Under the pieces are notes generated by a model. It saw only the letters and a program-made list of their open reading frames with translations. It did not search any database and had not been told where the DNA came from. This document shows, one piece after another, positions 50,200 through 63,539 of a stretch of DNA of 64,000 nt (position 1 is the stretch's first letter; the number at the start of each line of letters is the position of its first letter). Both the position numbers and the translations under genes were made by a program. The stretch comes from Bigelowiella natans CCMP2755 (Eukaryota; Protista; Cercozoa), in the NCBI GenBank assembly GCA_000320545.1, contig ADNK01003472.1:55973-119972 (forward strand). Reading direction: 5' to 3'.

Positions 50200-52599
50200 A
50201 CTACAGTGCACAATCCAGAAATCTCATCATTTTGAGACTGATCACATGCTGCTTTATTAAAGAGACAGAGAGTGGTAGGGGGAGAAACAGGGTTGCAAAC
50301 GAGAAGGATTGTGTACGAATAGGGTTAAGTATTATCTGTAAGTATGAGATAACAGAAGGATTGATGCTTGCGTACTCAAGCATTATGTGTAATTATGAGA
50401 TAACAAAATGATTGACTGCTAAAGTCACTAGCAGAGGGGTGAATCATCAAATACATTCATTGTGAAACATTTTCTTGCATAGAATTATTTTTTAAATTGC
50501 GAATTCATTTAGTTTATAGTACGATTCATCATATTCTCACTGATTAACATTATTTTTTATATATAGTCGTAGTGAGTAGAACCACTATCGTCGTAGGGTA
50601 TGCTGTCCAACTTCATCATCATCTGCTGCTGCTGCTGCGGTGCACGTTCCCCCTTCTTCTCTTTTTTATTTATCTTTGGGATCATACGTGCAGCAGCAGA
50701 CGCAATTCCTCCTCCTCCTCCTCCTTCTTCTTCTCTTTCTTCTTCTTGTGAATATCCTTGCCTCCCATTTCTTTCCATTTCCATGTTCATAGTAGTAGTC
50801 AGCGGCTGATCTCGTGATCTCTTTATTTTCAAATATTCGTCAATATTGTGTCGCTGGGTATTATGTTCCTGATGAATCATGTAGATTTGAATGATATTTG
50901 AGCAGCTCTACCAACATCAATCCCTTTAAAACGTTTTTATACCTTCATATTTTCTGGTAGTTCTGGGAGATTAATTCCCCATAATTTTGTCGGAGTAGTG
51001 ATAGAAGAATTCGTCAAAAGTCCAGAAACACTTGCTCTGATAATCAAAGTCTATTTTAGGAACGAGCTGCTAACTTTTGAATACTACCAACTAGAAACGC
51101 AACAGTCATTGTAGTATTCGCTACTTATACTACTACTACTACGTTACTCCAAACAGAGAATGAAGAATATGTAGCTTTTAGGTTAATAATCCTCCCTCCC
51201 CTCTTAGCCCCTGATTTCCTCTTTGCCTGCTTTTAAATTACTCAGTGGTTTTGGTCGTTGTTGGCCCTTCTTCTCTTTCTTCCGTTGGTGCTGCTAGTTT
51301 GGCTACATTTGTAGCTTTATTTCCTCGACGAAGCTATGAGAATTAGGGTAGTAGCCAGAAAATCGAGGAAAATTAAACAAAACAATAAAATTAATGAATA
51401 GATTACCACACTCATTATGGTAACAACTCAAAACAGACGAGAATTCACGACACATTGCACCTCCCACATCGTTTGACGTATTCTTATAAAGTAATGATGA
51501 AAACATCATAATCAACGTCACCAGTATCATCTAGGTTCAACAAATTCGACAAAGCATTTTCAATAAAAACATGCTGCAAACACCTTGATACTACTACTAC
51601 TACTACTACTACTGCTACTACCCTAAATCGCATATCGTCTCGAGATTCCGAAAACCGAACTTCCAAGAGCAATACCTAATGAGAAACGAAAATACAGAAA
51701 TAGGCTGCTTACAACACTAATGATATCGGTGAAATAATTTGCTATTGTTTCTCGTGCTAGTGATACTTGTTTTTGGAAACACCAAACAGTGCCAAGGCAA
51801 GAATAATTATGAGAAAATACTACGAGGTTAGCTTACTTACTTCTCCTCTCTTTACATGGAAAGGGAAAGGGAGATTTTCACTACGGCGGCGGTGGTAATA
51901 ATGCTGATGACGATGAGTATGGCCTCCTTTTCTACTATATTATAATAAATTTGGAGGATAAGACTATATGATAATGATGATGATGGAGAAAATCCCCAGC
52001 TTCGTTTTGTGAAGAGAGAACATGGAATGAGCGTGAGCACAATGACGACAACCATGACGAGTGTTGTCCTACAACTACTTGAGAAATCTGCACGACTCTA
52101 CACTGCAGTAAAAGCTAATTACTACCCGCTTGTGCTTGATAAGTGCTTACTTGTAGTAATGCCTTTATAATCCCCAGTCTGTGTTTGGCTCTTTCCTTTT
52201 CCTTCTTCCCTTAAGTCGTCGTTGTTGTTAAAATCGAAGTCCTCACATAATTGAAACCCAACTCCGTATGCCTGGTCTCTTGAGGAGATATTGCTGCAAA
52301 GATAGGCAGGTATGAATAAATGTTATGGTGATATTGATGATCATGAGATGTTATCTCAATCGCTAGGGTAGAGATGTTTCCTATCTCTTCCAAAACTCTG
52401 TGCTACTAATATTCACAATATTAGTAAGTAACACCAATAGCAGCTTATGTGAATAATGATGAGGGCAATATAAATAATAATATATCGAAACTAATGGCGT
52501 TGGTTTCAAACATATCTTAGCACCAATCTCTTACCAACTAGAAGCCCTTAACTACTAGTAGAGGCATCATCATAATAATCATCATCAGCATTAATTTTG

Positions 52600-52646
<47 letters not shown>

Positions 52647-52828
52647 TTCTCTTTGTCCGTAGCGAATACCTATGGTGCGGATGAGTAGAAATAATAGCGC
52701 TAGAGTAGTCATCATGATGGTGGTGATGATGATGACTATCATGTGTGGAGGAGGAGGAGGAGGAGGAAGAGGAAGAGGTGTGGATGGTGTTGATATCATC
52801 ATCCTTAAAGAATATATCCCAAGATACC

Positions 52829-52863
<35 letters not shown>

Positions 52864-53623
52864 TACTTTAAAGAATGTTTGTTGTCATCATGCAATACTA
52901 TTAAATTTACCATGATGCACTTACCAAACGCTCTCTTCTAAAAAGTATTATTAGTGGCACGCTACTAGTAGTCATCGTCGTCTCTTATCTACCATTATTG
53001 CATCAATGAAGCCACTTTCCTTCGCTTCCAACTTCAAAGTTATCGTCTAATCATCAATCGTAGTAGTACAAACCACCATACATGTGTTTGCCACTTGAAT
53101 TCAATTTTTATGTATTCATTATCAACACTCAAATAACTCTAATAACACAATAAAGTACTACTACATACATATTTCTGCATCATTCATCACCACAACCACC
53201 ATCTAGAATAGCAGTATGATCATGTATGCATGTTACAGAGATTTGTCTTCTCCTATTCTTCTCTTTCTTCTTCTTCTACTTCTTCTCACACCTATAGTTA
53301 GAATACTATGCTGGTTTTTCTATCCCTCCTTCATTCCAACAAAATGGTGGTGGAAGTTATCAACCTTTTTAGAAGGTACCCTGGCTGTCTCAATGGGTGA
53401 CAAGTGATAACTAATCATACACGTACAGAAGAGGATGATATCAAATAAGAAATTATTATCAACTCTGTTAATTTATTTGTTTGCTATTCTTCCAAAAAGG
53501 AACAACTAAACGGGAAAAGGAGATATGATCATAAATGCATAAACGATGAAGAAGATGATGAGAACGACACTTTTCATTCTCTCTCTCCCACCCTATCTCC
53601 CCCTCCCCCCCCCCACACATGCA

Positions 53624-53671
<48 letters not shown>

Positions 53672-54114
53672 GAGAGAGGAGAATAAATATTGTCCTTCTT
53701 ACGAGAATAATGGCGTTCTTCTTGACATTTGTGTGATGTTTAAATCCCGGGGTGATATACCAAAGTCAGGAGTAAAAAACTAAAAGCAGCATGTAACAGC
53801 AGAGTACAATGAACAATAATTATACGATGATTGAGAGACGATTGTGGTACTAGTAGTTGGTAGGACTGGACTCCTCGCACTACTACTACTACTACTACTA
53901 CTGGTACTATTGGTAAAGCATCGTACTACTAGTACCATCGTATCTGTATTCCGATAGTGGTTGAAAGTCGTAAGTCGAATGTCGTCTTTGTCCTCTTTGG
54001 AACACATGCATCATAGTACAATATGTCAACTGATACGGTTTTTATCACTGACTACTCGCCATATCATGCATGCTGAGGAGTAGATAAAGGGGGTTGAAAG
54101 AAGAAGAAGAAGAA

Positions 54115-54146
<32 letters not shown>

Positions 54147-56784
54147 AGAAGGAGGAGTAAATAACAACTTCGTGAATTGTCCAAATTTCTTAATATAAAG
54201 ATTGAAGAAGACATCGAATGAAGAACGTCAAAATTTCCACCTGCAGAGGTGGTTTGCCTTAAGTATTTGGATTGTATCAATTCAACATACTGAACACCCT
54301 AGTTAGAAGGAAAGCAGCGTATTCTTCTTCTTATTATTATTATTATTATTATTATTATCATTATCAACACACGGTAGAATTTTCATCATTCCTATGTAGC
54401 TGCTGCATTGTGACTATGATTTCATTTGTGTTGGTCGCCTAACAGGAAGGAATCTCTTACTTTCTCCTCTCTCTATCTCTCTCTCTTTCTCTCTGCTGCC
54501 ATTGGGAGGAAGGTAGAGGAAGGGGGGTGTGGTGGGGGGAGGACGGACAAAAGGTATTTGTGACTGCATATATAATCCTACCTTACTCGGTATTATAACT
54601 GCATTTGAGGTACTCCTAAGTACTGCACGAACGCCGTTCAGTTTTGCCTGATGATGAGCAGAGGCACAACGACCTTCAACACTTGTTTTTCATTTATTTC
54701 TTTATAAGATCATAAACATCATCAGAAACTGCAAAACGTGTCCCATCTCATATCGGCATAACCCTATGCAACTAACAACAACAACATCAACAACAACAAT
54801 TACAACACTAGCATATTCTTCTTGTTGTTATTCTTATTATTATTATTGTTGTTGTTGTTGTTGTTGTTGTTACGTGTAGATTGTCGCTGAGTAACATGGC
54901 GCCATAATCGTGGGTTACAAACACGTCTACACGATCTCCCTCTGATATGAGAGGTGTTGTAAGAAGGAAGAAGTAGAAACTAATGATGATAATGATAATG
55001 ATGATGATGATGATTATGATGACAGAGGTCAGCCACATTGTAATGCTACTGTAAAACCTACTGCTCTCTATATTATTTGTTAGTTTATTCGTTTCTGAGA
55101 ATAAACAGATTATGATATTGATGATCCATCATAATTTACATCATCAACATCTAGCTCAGGTTATCTGCTAATGCGCCATCATTAGAAAAGATAACCAATA
55201 TCATCTATATTATCATTCAAACATATTTAATTACATTAATTTTGAAAATTATCATCGATCTTAAACTAGATATACAAAAGATCTTGTGTGCACAATGGAT
55301 TTAATAGTGTTTCATAGTAAATGCTACAAGCGACACTAACACTAACACCAACCTAAATCCATATTTTCGTCAAGAGTTTCTAATTTTTCTGGAACAAATT
55401 TAATCTTGAAAATATAGCAAAAAGACAATGGATCAGAACTCACATCATCAGTAAGTGTGGTTTTGAACAGATTAAATTTTTTAAATTTGATGATGATTTG
55501 GTGCCTTTTCATCGCACTACAGGCCTCATTTCTATCATAATTATCTTCGTTATCATCATCAGCATCATCATCAGCACCATCTTCAACACCATCAATTTTC
55601 ATATATTTCTTCATCGGCCACCACCACCACCACTACCTTTTGAACGTGAAGAGAGTTTTCGATCGCACATTGACGAAGGGATTCCTTCAACTGTTGTATG
55701 TGTTGTTGTGTGTTAGATCGTGAGGATGGTTGTCCTGCTTTTCTTCTTAAACTCAAAAAGAACAAGCATTTATACACAACACTCTAGATGAATCATCATT
55801 CACGATATCATCATCAAATCATCTCGTACAATAAACTAGCTGAGAATTCAAGCAAGTATCGTCTAATAAAAGCAGTCAATAACAAATTGAAGTAATAATG
55901 TTGAATAGTATTAATAATATGCCTAATGAGAATCATCAATCAACCCTATTGTTATGCTGCAACCATACTCATCACTTACATATGACGACAACGACCGACC
56001 TCTTTATCATCTTCAGCAAATGTGACTTTCCGTGCACCATATTTCAATGCATAAAGCGCTGAGATTTGACCTCCCGCTGCATGCATGATGACATTGATGA
56101 TATATTTATGAAATGTTGATGGTAATCAATCACTACCATGGGGTTGTACGAATATTCCATTAAAAATTACGTTTTGGTATTGTTATCCTCCTCCTCCTGA
56201 TCCTCCTCCCCCAACAGTAAGCAACATCATCATTGTCATCATTGTCATCATCATCATCATCACCATTATTGTTACCTCCTGATATGAGAACGTGTTTTCC
56301 CTTTACTACAGATCTCATAGCTTTTGCGTACAGGGAGTGCCTGTGTTTATTTGTGTAGTAGTAGTATATGTAGTATATGTAGTATATGGATGAACGATCG
56401 AGTGCAAAAGGAAGAGGATGAGGAAAGGGATAGGTGAGGAAAAGACTGGTACCTCTGCCAGTCATTGAGGAGAGGATAAAGTCGTGCGTTTATAAGATCT
56501 ACTAATCCCTGTCGCTTGCCGGAAAGCCGAGCCGATTCACCAAAGAAGCAGCTTTGATTCAGTACCAAAAAAATTTAATAACCAATGATCTTTCTTGTAA
56601 TGAATACGTCGTAAATAGGTAGCAGTACTTGTTCCTCATGAAGTACTACCGCTAAAACTGCATCATTACGTGTTCACTACTACTACATCATTACCTGTTT
56701 GGATCATCTTCATATAGATCTGAAGTAGGATCTGATATACCTGCGTCCACCTAGTGATGCATGTATGCATACATACATAAATGC

Positions 56785-56815
<31 letters not shown>

Positions 56816-57074
56816 CGGCCAAGTTAAAGTAGTAGTAGGAGGAGGAGGAGGAGGTAGTTGATAATAATAATCATTAATTATAATACCCAAAGAGCTCCTT
56901 CCCAACCCAATTACAACAACTACCAGCCACCACCACCAGTACTACTGCTAACTGACCCCATCCATTCGTCGTACATAGTCGTTGTCTTGAGTATCATCAC
57001 ATACAAGAAATAATGATAGTTTTTAATCAGTGGTAGGTCGTGATATAAACAGGCACCACCACATATGCACACAG

Positions 57075-57106
<32 letters not shown>

Positions 57107-57915
57107 TTCACACTACTACTACTACTACTACTCGCTACTGCTTACTATAGTAGCATGGTTGATGGGGAAAGCAGCAGGTATGGATAGCATGATGATGAAC
57201 AAGCAACACAATATTACTAATCGTAGTTATGGTGATTGATCTATCTCAAAATGACCACCATCTTCGTTTGAGTTTATGTCCAAATTTTTAATTCTTTCAG
57301 GAAGAACTGGAAACCCTCCAGGAACACCAAGTTCCTTTGCTTCTCTTTCCTGCTGCTGATGATGATGATCACCCATTTTTCTTGTTTCAGCGACTATGTA
57401 TGGGTGCCTATCAACATTATGTGACTATCAAGCAATAATAATGATACTAATAATAATAAAAGTTCTCATCATTGTCATCTTTTGTTGTTTTCCACAAAAA
57501 AGAAAAGCTGCTCTGTTGAAATCATTACTAGCAGTGTGCATTTATACGAAGTAATAATATTCCCTTTGAGTAGCGGTGCGTGGTTATGTACGCAACAACA
57601 GATGTGTGGGGCATTAGGAAATCTCAACATTATCAATATTTTTCATATCCTTAAATAATTTATACATTTTCATTAAAATATAGTAACTGTTCTCTGAAAA
57701 GAGAATCTGGTTTTTAATCCAACACTTACTGTTGGAATAGTGAATTCATTGAGAGAAGGTATCTCTTTAGGCGTTTGTGATGTGAAACCAAACCTAATCA
57801 GACAACAATAACATGTTGTGGAGAGAATGAAAAGCCCGCTGTAGGATATTCGAGGATGATGGTAAAGTGATAATTGAAAACATATTACTTAAAATAGAAA
57901 GCTGGTAAAGAGATT

Positions 57916-57950
<35 letters not shown>

Positions 57951-59258
57951 AATTAGTCTGCCCTCTAGGCACACACTAGTAAATCCTCTTCATACAAACA
58001 AGCAATTAATAGTCGAAATATTGTGAAATGATATTCTTAAAATTCTGTCTGGATCAAGCCCCTTGCAGTCTCAATAATGCCGTCAGTATGCTATCATTCC
58101 AGTTTGATTGAAGTATTGCATGGAAAGGAAATAGAGTCGTTGATACACTTCAAATATAGTTCTTAGAGCTATTCCAATTTTTGGATCGGATTTTTATAAT
58201 TACGCAAGTATTCCTCCGCTGGAACAGAACGTGCACGTTTCTGAGAACAAATCATCGACGACCAAAATGATATGATAGTAATATCTACATGTGGATGGAA
58301 AGAATGCTGATACGTTTAGATTTATGAATCAGGTGCTAACTTTCTAGTTCATTCTGTTACTTTTTCTGTTATTCTCAAGTCGTTTCAGAAGTCGTTTTAA
58401 TGAATTTGTGGTTTAGTTGAAGTAGCAGTTCTAAAATGACTGACCCTCCTCTCCCCTTCGATATATTGTTCAAAATCTTGGGTAGTTGCATTGTCTGAAT
58501 CTGGGATATGTAGGTCGGGTTCTGAAGAAGCTATTTCGTCATAATTTCCTGATCTTGCTGCTCTGAGGGGGGGGTGCGGTGACGACGTCTTGCACTGGTT
58601 GTTGTTGTTGTTATTGTGGTTGTGCATGGTTCTTCTCCCTTGGAGTGCAGCAGAACGACGACGACGACCTCGTGATTTTTGTCCATCCATAGCAGTGTGA
58701 TGACTGTAAGCAGAAGTAGTAGCACTACAGTCTTTACCGAAAGTATCTTCATCATAATTGGGATGTCGTCGTCGATAATGTGCATTGGACTGCTTTAAGC
58801 CGCTCTGCAGAGTTGAAACAACAAATAATTAATGAAGAATTTTATTTCGCATGTTTAATGTGATTATGGTATCTCCAGCAACAAGTAGCTTTAGCATGGA
58901 CCTGGAGAAGAGTATTATAATGCCCTGAATGTGCCAGCAGAAGCTTGTTGATAAAGTGATACAGTCCTGTCTCCTTGAAATTATCTTCACTTTGCTGCTG
59001 CTCCTGCTGCTGCTGCCACTGATGGAAGTCGTAGTTTAGAGTACCAACCATAGCCACCACCATCAACAGGAAGCCAACAGCACTTGATACGCTGCAGCGG
59101 GTTGTCGCTCTTTGAATGCGATGTAGACGACGATGTGTGGCATAACGCGGCTGGTGGAGAGGAATGGGCCAAAAGGGTGAGAGTACCCCTACCATGTTGG
59201 TTCGCAAAATAGCACTGGTAGAGGTTGGTTTAGCCTGTCTGGTGTCATCAACGTGCAC
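50200..59258 (-). CDS. Large multi-exon divergent PRMT7/9-like SAM-dependent methyltransferase with hydrophobic N-terminus; ends approximate
   Basis: Exons occur in PRMT order: RHSLYAKAMRSVVKGKHVLISG (about 56280-56340), GGQISALYALKYGARKVTFAE (about 56010-56075), GDRVDVFVTHDYGAMLLSDNL (about 54880-54940), AKLNGVRAVLRSTSNAVIIPS, VQYVELIQSKYLRQ, TLKLEAKESGFIDAIM. Confidence 0.6.
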
Positions 59259-59506
59259 GCTTCTGCCACGTTCATCTCTCCCCCCCCTCCCTGCTCATCT
59301 TCTATCCTGACACTACGAGGAAGGGCAACTACTGAAAATGCGTGTGTGAGTAGATCTAGGTGATTTCTCCATCATATTATTTCCTGGTTCTTCTGCTAAT
59401 CTGCTACTGAATCTGCTTCGACTGCCACCTTTTCACACCATGTGAACTTGTCAATTTTCGTAGTTTCCTCATCACATTGTTTTCTAAATTTGCACTTTGA
59501 TGAATA

Positions 59507-61873
59507 GAAAAATGACAGATTTCCTAGGATTTCCTGGATTTCCAACTAGTTGAAAAAAACTTGAGAGACCCTCGAGTTGCACCCTGTTGGCGCGCAATGC
59601 TGTGATGGGCGGGGGAGCGTTGAGTCACGAGGGTGGCTTTTCCTCCCACCCCTGAACCATGTTCCAGTCCACCGGTGGGCAATTGCCGGTGGGATGGACA
59701 GACGTGTCGCCCCAGCCACTGGTGACTTGGTTGCCAAATTGAGGAAGTTTGGACCTGCATTGCAAGTTCTTCCCGGATGAATCCTTTGCTCGCCACACGT
59801 CTGACTCGAATGGATCCATCCTGAGCAGACTGTGAACTGCACTCTGTCTGGTTTGAGCTTTGGGGGGAGCTCAGATCACACCAAAACCAAACAGAATCAA
59901 GTTCGAAACGTGACACGTGTCCACAGGTCCTTCCCGGATGGAGCCTTTGCTCAATTGAGTCACTGACTCGAACCACCTTGAACAGTTCTCACTCCGAAAA
60001 ACTTTCCGCATTTCCTTTCGGCCACAGGAAATGCGTGGACTGAAAAGTCCACTGCGTCTGATTTGAGCTTTGGGAAGGGCTCAGATCAAAGCAAAACTGA
60101 TCTGAGTCAAGTTCGCAACAGTTTTTCACGTCGCTGGTGATTTCGAGGTTGTTGATCAGATCCAACACCTTCCAATCTGAGTGTCAGTCAGAACCTGGAC
60201 ACATTCCAACTGCACCATCAATTGACAGACAATTCTCCTGGCCTCAACTTGTTGTCCTGAGTCCAGGACACTGGCTGGTTGTGTTGCTCACCACCAACAG
60301 TGTGCTGACAAGTCCTTGCAATGGTGTTTGTTGAGGCTCTGCTGCGTGCACACGCCTGTCTCCCGCGTGATTCTGGCGCGTGTGGGTTTGGTCAATGCTT
60401 TGTTCAACGTTCAATGTTCAATGTCATCGTCCTCTCAGCTGCTCCTGGCGTGATTCATCGTCAAGTTTCTTCCTTTCTTCGTGTCTTTCCTCCTTTCCTG
60501 AGGAATCCCTTGACATCCCTCGTTCGTTCCTTGGCATCGTTTGTTTCTTGATCATTTGCAGCCTTCCTTGCCATTCAAGGCGAGCCCAGCTTCACAACAG
60601 TGCCAGTGGTGCCCAGCTGATCACCCGCGCACACCACGATCACGCCTTCCAAGACCTCACTGCAGCCAGTTCGAGACACTGTGTTTCGCACACTGCAAGT
60701 GCCTTGCAACACTTTGGAAACGCAGTTCATCATCATTGTTCGTTGTTCATTGTTTCAGTGGCCAGAACGACTCGCGTGTGGAGTTTGGTGCGTTGTCTGC
60801 GTGGACGGGCAAGTTGATCAAGCAAGCTTTGAAGGTGCACCTGAACAACGTGTGGAGACTCTGCCACTGCGCTGCGTTCTTCACGCACGGCGCACGGCAG
60901 ACACGTGGAAGCTCTGCCATTGCTGAGTTGGTTGCGCTGGCACTCACTGCGTGCGGCGTGGTGGACGCCGTTCGTGCGTGGCACCCGGCAGTCACGTGCG
61001 TGGGGGGGGAGACTGCGCACCGGTGAGTTGTGCACGTGTGCCACGTCCAGCTAGCTGGGCTCACGTGCACCCCAACCAGTCATTGTGTCTGTCTGTGTTG
61101 TGCCATCGCATCACCTTCCCAGTGAGTCCCCTTTTTCTCCGTTTGTGCTTTCGTGCACGTGCCTGTGCTCGTGGCTCACGTGTGTGTGTGTGTGTGTGTG
61201 TGTGTCATTGTGTGTGTGTGCACGTCGTTCCATCCACGCACCAACACAAACCCACGTGTGGGTCTGCACACAATGGACGTGCAACACCATGCACGTATAA
61301 TACGTGCCGTGTGTGCCATCACTGTGTCCACAATTGGCCAAGGGATGCTGATGATGGACACGCAACATCACGTGCATGCTGTGCATGCTGCCACTGTGTC
61401 CACGCATGCACGGGTGCACTTTGACACACGAAACGTTCAGACGTGCTGGCGTGCGTTGTGTGTGTGAAGTGTGCAAGGATCACGTCAGGAGCACCGGGAA
61501 GAGACTGTGCATTTGTGTGTGCAGCCACATTGCAATGACGTGTGTTGCACGTGCTGGACAGCTAGACGTGTGCCATGCATGTGCTCACGCGCGTGCCCAT
61601 TTGTTTCCATCTTGCACTGTCACCTCTTGTTTCGGGGTCCACTTGGTGCCAAGCAAAGTTGACGCCAGCTGAGCCACGCGCGATGCCAAGTTCATCGATC
61701 GTCAGCATCGCATGATCGATCACCAGCCTGCCACGTTTGGACGCCGCACGCGTCACACCCAGATGTTGCCACGTGCAGTCACACGATTTCGATCGAGCGG
61801 CACTCACACCCCTGTGACCCCACCACAACGGGTCAACCAAAGCTAGAACGGCAGTGATGCATGTGCTCGCGCA
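59507..61873. mobile_element. TpA-erased relic of repetitive element(s) (island 2)
   Basis: Five TpA in CTAG plus three inside one palindrome, and none between 59550 and 61050. Shares sequence with 690-736 and with 24468-24536. Confidence 0.65.
59766..60119. repeat. Direct duplication (about 145 and 190 bp) containing stem-loops
   Basis: cttcccggatg..cctttgctc..ctgactcgaa...tttgagctttggg..gctcagatca..tcaagttcg occurs at 59766-59909 and 59927-60119. Confidence 0.75.
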
Positions 61874-62331
61874 TAATTGTGCACGCACACACACGTTGTG
61901 GAACAATCGTGATTCGCGCACACCGTCACGTGCACATGCACGTCAAAAATTTGTTAGACGTGCTTGCGTCCATGCACAGATGCAGGCAGCAACTTCCAGA
62001 CATGCATCTGTGCGTGTGGCCTTACAGCTTGCTGTGTGTCGAGGAAGAGTCTAGAAGTGCGCAGATCAAGCATTGTCAATCACACCATAACCTATCTAGC
62101 TCTAGAGCTACATGTGGTGTCGGGTTGCCATGCAAGATTCGGTCTCGATCTCTTTCATCTCACGAGGCCATCTATCGACAATTGGCGGTCTGGTTGAAAA
62201 CATCAATGGACATGCACGCGTGCATTACATGTTGTATTTGTCTGGATCGTAGACACGATTGTTGATGTCCTGCGTACAACATCCATTTAACTGTCGCAAC
62301 AGCACGGACGCTCGCGGAAGTGCACTGCATC

Positions 62332-62657
62332 TTACAGTTCCTCCTTTTGGATGAGGTAAACTGCGCATTCAACATGTTTCGTGTATGGGAAGTGGTCCAA
62401 AAATGCAAATTGAACAGCTCTGTGAGATTGCACCAACCTGATTTCAAATTCAAACAAGACTCATTGTTAAATACTCGTGTTCAAAAGGAAAATATATACT
62501 CTTTCATGTCCCTCTTGAGAGCTTCAGGGTTGCAAGAAATGTAAAGTATTGCAGGATAAGTTGCCACGTTCCTACCGCATAATGAGATATAGACAGGTTG
62601 TATGCAATGTATGCGGGTTTTTATGAACAATATTTGCATTAAATCTAATTAAACATG

Positions 62658-62696
<39 letters not shown>

Positions 62697-63504
62697 TGGT
62701 GGGGTGTTTGTTTGTGTGTTGTGTGTGTGGAACCGCATGTCACAACTATTTCTGTGCAGCTATGATACTTTTCTATCTTGAGGCACAATCGCAAAGAAAG
62801 TCTTATAAAGTTATGAGAAGTGGTTTGATTGCGGCCAAAGGTGCAATTTCTCTTCGTTTCCCTTTCCCCCCCACAAGTATTACTTCCTCGTAAATTCATC
62901 AAGTCCTGCTCTGGGAGGGTCAACTAGCACGGCAGAAAAATGCAATTTACTGAAATCTTTCTCATAGTGCTTGCAACTTAAATGAGATAGAATATTGTCG
63001 GTGACGGTAGCACTCATCATCTTTCCGTCCTTTTTCTCCTCCTCCTCCTCCTCCTCCTCGTGATTTGTGTTTCCCATAAAAATATTCTTCCGGTTATCAT
63101 GGCCTTCTTTGAGCTGCTGCTGCCTCCTTCTTCTTCTTCTTTTTAACACTCTTTGACAGAATTTCTGTCGAACAAAAGTAGTTTTGTTGCGGATAGATCG
63201 TGCGAGAAAAAGAAAGGCTGGTTGTCCGCATTTGGGGTTGTACTTAATGAGCAAATGTAGAACACTAATCAGCTACAATTTATACCACCTTCGAGTCAGC
63301 CTTTATAATCTTTGCACAATCTTTTAAATGAAGGGTTAAAGAAACAATGGAAATACAAATATCATTATCAGAATTTAATATTTATATAGTCTGACGATGA
63401 TGATGACGATGATGATATACAGGTTCTCCTTCTAAAAATATTTTATTACCAACTTTATTTAACGCCAAGTTCTGACTGCCAAACTCGACAAGCTGATGTG
63501 AGAA

Positions 63505-63539
<35 letters not shown>

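Noticed and set aside
54586-54650. AKLNGVR resembling ATP-dependent DNA ligase motif I (KxDG/KxNG)
   Set aside because: The neighbouring exons follow PRMT motif order and this exon matches the helix-to-VIIP segment after the double-E loop. No other convincing ligase motifs were found.
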